DNA of 64,000 nt from the NCBI RefSeq assembly GCF_032062105.1, contig NW_026940736.1:868001-932000 (forward strand), written 5' to 3'. Numbering within the stretch: the first letter of the stretch is position 1; each line of letters begins with the position of its first letter. The stretch is from Saccostrea cucullata. Its lineage: Eukaryota. Made by a program: the position numbers and the translations under genes. Shown one piece after another: positions 38,201 to 48,662 of the stretch. The notes beneath the pieces were generated by a model, which ran no database searches, was not told the origin of the DNA, and saw only the letters and a program-made list of their open reading frames with translations.

Positions 38201-39026
38201 GTTCTAGAGACTTCAACATTTAGAGATGAGAAGGAATCCCCTGTTCTAGAGACTCCAACATTTGGAGATGAGAAGGAATCCCCTATTCCAGAGACTCCAA
38301 TGGATGTGAAGAAAGATAGCCATAAACCGGAAGAGCTCTTGATGGATGAAAAAATAGCAACACCAATTGGAGATACCGAAGTCTTAGAAGTCAACAAGGA
38401 TCTGAAGATAACACTTGAGGTATTAAAACACAGCATTCACATGTATTTGCAGATGAATTATGAATTACAATTAGGCAAAAGAGATTTGTAAAAATTCCTA
38501 TTCATTTACACTTTTAATGTTCTTTCTATAATTTTTGAAAGTTGTTAAAATATTTTTGTTAACTATCACTTTCAGCTTTTGAATAAGGATGATGATAAGT
38601 ATGGTGATGATGAAGATGACATTGCTGATGATGATGATGATGATGACTGCTTATTTGGGCCAAGAAAGCTATTCTTCTTTGGCATAGATTATTTTAAGGT
38701 AAAGCAAATCTTCATTATTTCATAACTTTCTCAATTTGTATAGTGAGAGCCTGAGAGGAGGAAAAATATTTTATTTTTAGTGACAATGTAAATTATTAAA
38801 TTTACATCAATATCTTTATTGTCTTTACAAATATTTCAAAGACTTCCAATCAACCGAAATGAAAAAAAAAATGTCACCCCCTTCCATCCTAATGTTTAAT
38901 AAAGTTCAGTTTAATTAACATAGTAAATAAAACTGATTAAATTCAATTCTTGTTAAAATATTTCATTAATGATTTTTTTTCCTAATTTTTCATCTGATAC
39001 AGGATGCTGGAAAAGCTGTGTGGTGA
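32247..39026 (+). CDS. Uncharacterised multi-exon protein, copy B (~520 aa); coding exons 32247-32297, 33069-33143, 33662-33747, 33874-33919, 34516-34593, 34717-34844, 35098-35238, 37449-37533, 37694-38419, 38576-38698, 39003-39026
   Basis: Same 11 coding exons and phases as copy A; all indels are multiples of 3. MDFNKILDFGDTPVADV-DTKLRILKFDYSWSDAVEEEE...; ends DAGKAVW* (TGA where copy A has GGA). Confidence 0.8.
35536..35609 (+). tRNA. tRNA-Thr(AGT)-like sequence within the 5' LTR, probably not a functional tRNA
   Basis: Cloverleaf with A box TAGCTCAGTGG, B box GGTTCGATTCC and T5 terminator at 35614-35618; one-nt bulges in the acceptor and anticodon stems. Confidence 0.6.
35799..35872 (+). 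tRNA. tRNA-like copy within the 3' LTR (anticodon position reads AGC)
   Basis: Identical to 35536-35609 except AGT to AGC. Confidence 0.55.
37757..38302 (+). repeat. Coding minisatellite, 13 x 42 bp (FGDEKESPVLETPT)
   Basis: Units start at 37757, 37799 ... 38261; copy A has one unit in the same exon. Confidence 0.95.
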
Positions 39027-39559
39027 AAAGAAGCAAGAGAGAAAGAATGGAACAGATAAAACTTAACGAAACTACTTAAGAAAGAAAGAAAGACTTAAGA
39101 AATTTTTTTCTCACAAAAATAAAATTTATACCAGAACTAAAGGTTTTTTTTTTCATTTTAAAGACATGTGTAGAGAAGCATCATTGATAGGTCCCTTGCA
39201 AAATCTTCCATGCAGTGAATGATGAAGCAAATCTGTACTGGATGTACATGTACTAGTATGACAAATAAAGTTATGTATGAAAATAATCAGACATTTTGAG
39301 GACCAATTTATATTTCAATTGATATGTGTGCAACAACTCTGTTGTTGAACTCAAAGTAATCTGAAGGTAAATGGACAAATTGACTGCAATTTTTTCTATC
39401 TAAATTGGAAAGACAAAAATATCTTGATCAACATCAAGTAAATACAATTACATAAAAACAATAGGTCCAAGGGCTTTGACAATCATTTGAGTTAATCTAA
39501 TGGATCCAAAGAAGTATAAAATAAAATAAAACTGACAGATGAAGCTATGAAGCCCAAAA

Positions 39560-40854
39560 CCAAGAGGAAAAGGTTGACAAGGGCTCAGCAATATAATGAG
39601 TCAGGAGAGCTGAAGGATCATGAACACATCAAATAAACACGGACAGGTCCTCGTGAAGGAACTAGCAAAATCTTAGTTTTCCAACAAAATGGCTTTAAAA
39701 AATACACAATAAAAACATGTTCATGTATTTTTATTGTAATGGTACAAGGTTCAAATAACATATATTGTATCCATCTCATTAAGAAATCCGCCAACAGTAA
39801 TTATATGTATTATAAAAACAAAATTCAAGGGAAGTAACCAGGTTACAACCTAATGTCAGAATTGTAAATTGAATACTCAATAAAATCCAGTATTAAAGAT
39901 AATATATTTATGTTTTGCCTCAACAAAATCCACTGATTAAAGATAAGTATTTGTAGCAATTTGTTTCTAGTTATTTTCATTATCCCCTAATTACAACCAC
40001 ATTTAAACTAAGTCAATGCATTCATAACATTTGTAGAAAAAAAAATTAAGAACAATCAATTCAAAGACTATGTACATGTAACTTTTACATTAAACTGTCT
40101 TCTGGTTATTTAAGCTTGAATTCTTGTAGATAATTTCATGAATTTGAATTTCACTCCTAACGAGAAATGATATGACAATATTGCAAGGAAAGGAAGGGGA
40201 GACAATTTATATAAGAAAAAAAGGGGAGTAACTCTTGCTGAGGTAATATTTGGAATTTATGAGATTTTCCAGGTGGTCTCTGAACAGATCAGAAAGAATC
40301 ACAAGTGCAATATTTGAGATTGTTTAACCATTTTAGATTTAATTTTATGCTTTATTTTCATGCTAAGCACGATTCCCCTTCCATCCTTGATTAAACAATT
40401 TTCAGAGGAAACGGCAAAATGCACTTTTACTTTACAAAAAAAAACCAAGATTTGCACCGGTCCCGTTACTTTGTAAAGAATTTGATAAAGCACCATTTTC
40501 TGAGTGACCTAATTCTGTATCACAGTCAATGTTGAACTCTGAACTCTGAAGTTTGCTGGGAGAACAGATTGGGGACAAAGTTTCGATGCACTGATCTGTC
40601 CCCGAGATCTGTCCATTCTTGGAGAGTTCCTCTGGGGATTTTGTTGTGCTTTTCTCTGGGGATGAACTGTCAAAAAGGGAGGAAGTTAAGACACTGACTG
40701 GGGACTTGCCTTCGATGATGTCGGACAATGTTCGGTTTAAGGTGTCGGGATTTTCTAAGTCTTCGTCACTTTCATCGTCACTTTCACTCAAAGAATCATT
40801 GCGATATGGTGGTCTTGATACTGAGGAATTATGGGTTAGCCTCAGCTGGAGTAC
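39560..40854 (-). pseudogene. EVI5: Duplicated EVI5 3' end: most of the terminal exon (40453-40854) plus downstream/3'UTR-like sequence
   Basis: Near-identical to 51846-52247 (SESDDESDEDLENPDTLNRTLSDIIEGKSPVSVL...) and to ~49880-50860. Confidence 0.85.
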
Positions 40855-41706
40855 CTAGAGAAACTTGGCAACGAAGGGTCTGTTTGTTAGAACCCAGCAC
40901 TCTGACTCATCGCCGAATTTTTTCTCATCCTTGTGATGATGACTTTTGTGGCAAACGCTGCAGAGGATACTGTTGCATTCATGACAGTGCTTCAGTTTTC
41001 GTACCTCCCTTGCTCCACAAATGTCACATGTCTCTTCTTGCTGTGGCGCGGAATTATAGTAATCGTCAAAGAATTCTTGAACTTCATCACTGTCACTGTC
41101 ATTTTTTATTATATGTTTCATCAGTGTAATTATATTTTTGTCATGAAATGAGAATTTATAGTAATTCTTTGATAGCCGACGATCATCGTACGCGTACAGC
41201 GAGATAGGAACGCTGTTTTCTGTGGTTGTTACATTTTGGACATATTTTCTGTACATCTCCTGGCCATTACGGGAAAACTTGGCAACGAAGGGTCTGTTTG
41301 TTAGAACCCAGCACTCTGACTCATCGCCGAATTTTTTCTCATCCTTGTGATGATGACTTTTATGGCAAACGCTGCAGAGGATACTGTTGCATTCATGGCA
41401 GTGCTTCAGTTTTCGTACCTCCCTCGCTCCACAAACGTCACACGTCTCTTCTTGCCGTGGCGCGGATTTACAGTAATTGTCAAAGAATCCTTGAACTCCA
41501 TCTTTCGGAATAAATACGCCCTGCCTGCAGATTGGACACTTAACGGAGGAATCTGAATTTGAAGGGGTGGCGGCTATAATGTTGTCAATACACGGACTGC
41601 AGAACGTGTGAGAGCAGGGTAGAATTTTTGGAACTTTATCCGGAGTGGAAAACTGATATGCACATACTGGACAGTTTGAGTCGTTTTGTTGTTGTTGTTC
41701 ATCCAT
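40855..41706 (-). pseudogene. Rearranged paralogue of the RING gene (RING plus two B-box-like copies, propeller mostly deleted); 283-aa open ORF, pseudogene or young chimera
   Basis: First ~128 aa nearly identical to 10395-11966; two internal in-frame deletions, an insert from non-coding DNA (41105-41178, matching ~41990-42060) and a duplicated B-box segment. Confidence 0.75.
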
Positions 41707-42147
41707 TTATTGTGACATCGACAAAAACAACAAAATATTATCATATATAAGTGAAACCCCGCACAATGTCCAAATGTTAGTTGTAACTCAGAACAAAATT
41801 TTCAACATCTAGTGAAAATTTTCCAAGTTTAAAAATAGCACCTGTTGCAGCTCACAAAGTCTGGAAGTGAATTTAAAAAAAACATAAACAACAACAACAA
41901 AAAAACCCCACATTTTTAACAGCATTATATTTGTTCTTAAAACATTTTATTGAAGTAATTGTACATATTGCTTTAATTCATTTTTTATTAAATGTTTCAT
42001 CAGTGCAATTATATAATTTTTTGTCATGAAATAAGAATTTATAGTAATTCTTTGATAGCCAATATAATTATCCGGAATTAAGGAAGCTCTAAACACTACC
42101 CGAACAAAGTTCAACAAAATGACTTTGAAAAATACATACTAAGAATA

Positions 42148-43649
42148 TACTCTTCAAAAAAAAAAAAAAAAAGAAACGCAAGTAGGAACAGTGCCCTGAA
42201 AAATGTTTGATAGTTTTATCATACCTTTTATTTTTGTATGGATACGATGTATTCGAGTGAAATGCATGATTTTTTAATGCAATTGTTAACTTTACAGCTA
42301 TTCTACAAGTCTCACAGACAAAAAGACCTGATTTTGCAAAATTTTCCCCAAAATGTTTATCTCAATTTTCATTTGTTGAATTCGGATGCAATTCCTTCAG
42401 GTACAAAGGGGCTATCAAAAGCGGGGGTTCTCTATATATTGAATATGGTTTTATCTGAAAAATGAGGCTTCCTAAAAATGCTGCATCTGAATGTTGCGTT
42501 GCAAAAAAAGGAAAATGGGTGACTGGAAGCAGTGGTACTGCAATCTACAATTGCAAGAGATTTTAATGTTACACACAGACAATATCTAACCTATAAAACA
42601 TAAACCATATATAAACAGCGAACACCCAATGTTCGCAAAAAATATAGTAGACTACGTGTGACATCAGCAGCACAGCATCACTTCCGAGGAATACGTAAAT
42701 TGCGTGAATGTAATGCAAGGACGTCATCTTAAGCATTAGCTATCTATGAACTGCATAGATCATCTAACAAGACCGTTTTCAGTTGACTATGAATTATTGC
42801 AAGAGGATTAATCATGCCATTGTTCCGACCCCACAACGCCCCATATATCGACTTCAAAGATCACAGATCAATAGAGTATGACCACAGCATCACTGCTGAA
42901 CATTTTGGTTAACCTACTAGTCCAGAATATTTTTATGAAATCTTCTTATAAGTTTAAGAGTGCTAATGCTTTGTAATGAATGTTAGACAGATAACTGCCT
43001 CCAAGGCGTTAAAAAAGTTGTTGGTGGTAGTGTAATGATATGGAAAACGGTATTATAAGAATGTAAGATTTATTTGGTTCGAATTCAATGGACTTTGATG
43101 GCAAAAGGTACTCTAACCATGTTCTACCTACACATACCCATTCAATTTTGCAGCTTCCTAGAGCCGTATTGCAATCTCACAATACACAGCCACATATAGC
43201 TCGTTTGACACACCTATTCTTGCAAAGAACAACAACCTGTTTCAACCACAGTCATCTAAATCGCTAGATTTAATCCAAATTAAGCTGCATTGGACAAAAT
43301 GAATTGACATGATTTGCCAAAGACAATCGCATCCCCAGACTCTGCAACAGCTGACCAAAGTTCTACATTTGAAGTGGGAGAGTATTCATATACAGTTTTA
43401 TTATACACATTTGCTTCCATTAGATGCCGTTTGTGGCTATCATTTGTGTCTGCGGGGGCATACCAGATATTGATCTTTAATGGTCGTAAACTGACTATAA
43501 TTTCAAAATTGTTTGTGTAATAATGACATTAAGATAGTATTCCTGCTGCTTACTACATTATTATTTTATCAATGCATCATTTTACTAAATAACCTTTATT
43601 TTCAATGTGTCACTAAAATTCTACTATGCGTTTCTTATTTTGATGAGTA
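42148..43649 (+). mobile_element. Degenerate Tc1/mariner transposon
   Basis: TIRs tactcttcaaaa...agaaacgca / tgcgtttcttattttgatgagta with TA TSDs; relic motifs GGSVMIW (~43024), HNTQPHIAR (DNARPH-like), SKSLDL (SPDLN-like) and GGHTRY* (stop 43471-43473). Confidence 0.8.
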
Positions 43650-43794
43650 TATATTCATAATGGTACAGGGTTCAAATAACATGTATTGTATCCATCTCAG
43701 TAAGTATATGTTATCCATCAACAGTAATTATATGTATAATTAAAAGAAACTTCAAGGGAAGTGACCAGGTTACAACCTAATGACAGGCTATTAA

Positions 43795-44319
43795 GGTATG
43801 TTAAGTACGTACCCTACCTACTGATAATATTTCTAGTCATTCTAAATTCAAAATTATAGAACCATTACATGTTCCTAGACAAATAATCAGCATGCGTTAC
43901 CAGAGGTTTTGAACATATATCAAATTATGAAAATTTTTGCATTATTCAAAGAAAAATATATAAAAATTACGAAACATAAATTTAAGATTTTATAAAAAAG
44001 TTGTCATAATTTACAGGTAAACCTCCCAACAGACCATGTGGTTTTATTTCAATGTTTTACAGTTATTAATTAACTTGTTCATATTTATTAAGAATTTTAC
44101 CGAGAACCCGGGTACTCGATCGGAAAAACGTCCGAGTAACCGAGTATTAAAAATTGACCGATTTGACATCCCTAGATTTTTTCCATCAAAATTTGTTTTA
44201 GAAGAGGTATACAATCCATATATAGACATTAAAAATATTGCACACAGGTCCCTCCTGTAGTGAAACTCTTCAACTCGAGGGAAGAGCTCAATAAAATTCA
44301 AACTACATTGCCTATGACC
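43795..44319. mobile_element. TTAA-flanked insertion with GG..CC ends (Kolobok- or Crypton-like non-autonomous element)
   Basis: ttaa|ggtatg...tgacc|ttaa; absent from the paralogous sequences at ~39860 and ~50262. Confidence 0.6.
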
Positions 44320-44460
44320 TTAAACTGAGTACGCAATAAAATCCAGTGTTGAAGATCAATGTTTATCTTTTGCTAGCAGGTATATATTGGTAGCTATAGG
44401 TTTCCAGTTTTTTTTTTGTTATTCCCTAATCACAACCACATTTTAGTCAATGCATTCAAA

Positions 44461-44882
44461 ACAAGAGATGTTTGTAAAACCCCTACCCCCTCCGCCCCCC
44501 CCCAACTGAAATTTTTCTAAGTCCAAAAGGGCATAGCTCTGTCAAAAATGGCGAGATCATACCCAAAACAGAACTTGACCTAGATATTTATCTGATAAAT
44601 CTATATACTAAATTTCATTTCAGTATGTGTAACTTCTAAGAAGAAATTGCAAATAACTGGAATTTTTCTAAGTCCAAGGGGCATAACTCTGTCCAAAATG
44701 GTGCAATCGTACCCAAAACAGAACTTGACCAAGATATTCATCTGATATATCTGCATACCAAATTTCATTTAAGTACGTGCAACGGTTGTGAAGAAAATGA
44801 ACGGAAACTAGTGGACCGACCGACAGACAAAAAGTAAAGCAATATGCCCTGCCTTCTTCGAAAGGGGGGGGGGGCATAAAAA
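44461..44882 (-). mobile_element. Short helentron-like element
   Basis: acaagagatgtttgtaaaac end, two internal repeats, gaccgacagac microsatellite and gggggcataa end; absent from the paralogous copies. Confidence 0.7.
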
Positions 44883-45230
44883 AAATAATCAATTCTAACA
44901 TATGTACATACATGGAACTTTTCCATTAACTGTAATCTGGTTATAATAGCTGGAATTCTTGAAGAAAATCTCATGAATTTGAATTTCATTCCAAAAGAAA
45001 AATGATATGAAAATATTGAAAGGAAAGGAAGGGGAGACAATTTATATTATAACAAAGGGCAGTTACTCTTGGTGAGGTAATATTTGGAATTCATGAGATT
45101 TTCCAGGTCATCTCTGAACAGATCAGAAGAATCACAAGTGCAATATTTGAGATTGTTTAACCATTTTAGATATATTTTCATGCGAAGCACAATCCCCTTC
45201 CTTTCAAAATAGATCCTAAATTAAAAAAAA

Positions 45231-47070
45231 ATGGAGAAAAATAAAACAAAGAATACAAGCATTCAAGGAACCTGTCCAAAGAACCTGACAAACTCTCATT
45301 TGGAGAAAAATAAATTAAAGAATACTAGCATTGGAGGAATCTTAACAAAAAACCAGGCAAACCCTCATTTGGAGGAAAATAAAACCAAGAATACCAGCAT
45401 GGAGGAACCTTACCAAAAACCCAGCCACTCATGGTGAGGAAAATAAAACCAAGAATATCAGCATTTGAGGAACCTCACCAAAAGACCAGGCAAACCCTCA
45501 TTTGGATGAAAATAAAACCAAAAATACTAGTTTTGGAGGAACCGTACCAAAAGACCAGGCAAACTCTCATTTGGAGGGAAATAAAAACCAAGAATGCCAG
45601 CATAAGAGGAACCTTACCAAAAGATCAGGAAATGTCTCATTTGGAGGAAAATAAAACCAAGAATACCAGCATTGGAGGAACCTTTCCAGAAGACCTGGTA
45701 AACTCTCATTTGGAGGAAAATAAAACCAAGAATACCAGCATTGGAGGAACCTTTCCAGAAGACCTGGTAAACTCTCATTTGGAGGAAAATAAAACCAAGA
45801 ATACCAGCATTGGAGGAACCTTTCCATAAGACCTGGTAAACTCTCATTTGGAGGAAAATAAAACCAAGAATACCAGCATTGGAGGAACCTTTCCAGAAGA
45901 CCTGGTAAACGCTCATTTGGAGGAAAATAAAACCATGAATACCAGCACAGGAGCATCGTCGGAAACCCACGGGTGATCTAGTCTTTACTTATCACCCGTG
46001 GGCAAACTCGCCGAAAAATCGTCGTATGTAATAAATCTGCATTGGTCATTTGATTGGCCGATTCACAGAGTCGCGATGCCAAACAACAAAATACAGTTCA
46101 CGTTACCAAATTCAATAATTGATATCGAGTAGAGACGACTATAAAGGGTTGGAGTGGACATATGCATGTTCGGCATTGCCAAAACATGAAAAACTCATTC
46201 CGTAGTGAACACAGATGATAAATCCACTCACCGGTGCATTTTGCAGTTAGAAAGAGGTACTCCTATAAAATATCTGACGGATATCAATGTCAGTGACCTG
46301 TACGAATTGACTTTCATAGTTTTAAATCAAACTTTGCACTGGAGTATCAACACTCAACTTGAGTTCACTCCAAAAAGGGAAGAAGAAGAAGAAGTTTTAA
46401 CGAGCGTCAAAATATTTACCATAAATAGCAAAGTAATAAACGTATTTTTCAAAAATGAAGATTTCCAATTTTCTGATTGGTTGACTAGAAAAACAAATTA
46501 GCATATTTTACGGCGATATTTCAGCGAGTTTGCCCACGGGTGATAAGTAAAAACGAGATAACCCGTGGGTTTCCGACGATGGCACTGGAGGAACCTTACC
46601 AAAGAACCAGGCAAACCTTCATTTCGATTAGGAAAAAACCAAGAAGACTTGGTAAACTCTCATATTAAAGAAAATACAACCAAGAATAATAGCTTTGGAG
46701 GAGCCTTAGCAAAAGACCAGGCAAACCCCCATGTTGAAAAAAATAAAACCAAGAATACCAGCATTAGAGAAACCTTACCAGAAGACCTGGTAAACTCTCA
46801 TTTAGAGGAAAATAAAACAAAGAGCACCAACATTGGAGGAACCTTACCAAAAGACCAGGCAAATTCTCATTTGGAGGAAAATAAAACCAAGAATACAAGC
46901 ATTCGAGGAATCTTAACCAAGGAACTGGCAAACTGTCATATTGAGGAAAATAAAACCAAGAGTATCAGCATTGGAGGAAACTTACCAAAAGATCAGGCAA
47001 ACTCTCATTTGGAGGTAAATAAAACCAAGAATTCTAGTACTGGAGGAATCTTACTTACAGACCAGGCAAA
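45231..47070 (+). repeat. 69-bp minisatellite (EENKTKNTSIGGTLPKDQANSHL), ~17 units, split by a MITE
   Basis: Period of 69 between 45641, 45710, 45779 and 45848. Confidence 0.9.
45954..46581. mobile_element. MITE with ~70-bp TIRs and a 9-bp TSD (AcademH- or MULE-like)
   Basis: catcgtcggaaacccacgggt... / ...acccgtgggtttccgacgatg; TSD gcacaggag (45945-45953) / gcactggag (46582-46590). Confidence 0.85.
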
Positions 47071-48662
47071 CTATATATCAAGGAAAAAGTGGATGATAAA
47101 CCAAATACCAAGGAGAAAGTGGATGATAAACCATATGACAAGGAGGAAATGGATGATAAACCAGGTATCAAGGAGGAAGTGGATGATCAACCAGATATCA
47201 AGGAAGAAGTGGATGATAAACCAGATACTAAGGAGGAAGTGGATGATAAACTATATACCAAGAAGGAAGTGGTTGATAAACCATATAACAAAGAGGAAAT
47301 GGATGATAAACCAGATATCAAGGAGGAATTGGATGATAAACCATATACCAAGAAAGCAGTGGATGATAAACCAGATATGAAGGAGGGAGTGGATGATAAA
47401 CCACATACCAAGAAGGAAGTGGATGATAAACCAGATATGAAGGAGGGAGTGGATGATAAACCATATAACAAGGAGGAAGTGGATGATAAACCAGATATCA
47501 AGGAGGAAATGGATGATAAACCAGATATCAAGGAGGAAGTGGATAATAAACAAGATATCAAGGAGGAATTTGATGATAAACCATATGCCAAGAAGGAAGT
47601 GGATGATAAACCAGATATCAAGGAGAAAGTAGATGATAAACCAGATACTAAGGAGGAAGTGGATGATAAACCATATACCAAGGAGGAAGTGGATGATAAA
47701 CCATATATCAAGGAGGAAGTGGATGATAAACCATATATCAAGAAGGGAGTGGATGATAAACCATATACCAAGGAGGATGCGTATGCAAAACCAGATAACA
47801 AGGAGGGCATTGAGGATTAACCAGATTCTAAGGAGGAAGTGGATGATAAACCAGATATCAAGGAGGAAGTGGATGATAAACCATATATCAAGAAGGAAGT
47901 GGATGATAAACCAGATATAAAGGAGGAAGTGGAGGATAAACCATATAACAAGGAGGAAGTGGATGATAAATCAGATATCAAGGAGGAAATGGATGATAAA
48001 CCTGATATCAAGAAGGAAGTGGATGATAAACCAGATATCAAGGAGGAATTGGATGATAAACCATATATCGAGAAGGAAGTGGATGATAAACCAGATATCA
48101 AGGAGGAAGTGGATGATAAACCATATAACAAGGAGGAAGTGGATGATAAACAATATAACAAAGAGGAAGTGGATGATAAACCAGATATCAAGGAGGAAGT
48201 GGATGATAAACCATATACCAAGGAGGGAGTGGATGATAAACCATATACCAAGGAGGAAGTGGATGATAAACCAGATATCAAGGAGGAAGTGGATGATAAA
48301 CCAGATATCAAGGAGGAAGTGGATGATAAACCAGATATCAAGGAGGAAGTGGATGATAAACCAGATATCAAGGAGGAAATGGATGATAAACTAGATATCA
48401 AGGTGGAGGTAGATGATAAACGAGATATCAAGGTGGAAGTGGATGATAAACCAGGTATCAAGGAGGAAGTGGATGATAAACCAGGTATCAAGGAGGAAGT
48501 GGATACATACTGACTTAACTTTTCTTTCATTAGTGTTTAGCTTTATTTGTCCATGTGACCTTGATAAACCAGATATCAAGGAGGAAGTGGATGATAAACC
48601 AGATATCAAGGTGGAAGTAGATGATAAACCAGATACCAAGGAGGAAGTGGATAAACCAGATA
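47071..48662 (+). repeat. 30-bp minisatellite (KEEVDDKPDI), ~50 units
   Basis: ccagatatcaaggaggaagtggatgataaa in strict 30-bp phase from ~47071 to 48506, plus ~3 units at 48562-48662. Confidence 0.95.

Noticed and set aside
37704-38436. Antisense ORFs over the 42-bp array
   Set aside because: By-products of a stop-free triplet-period repeat.
39024-39026. Selenocysteine TGA in copy B
   Set aside because: It aligns to Gly rather than Cys in copy A, and I could not see a SECIS element.
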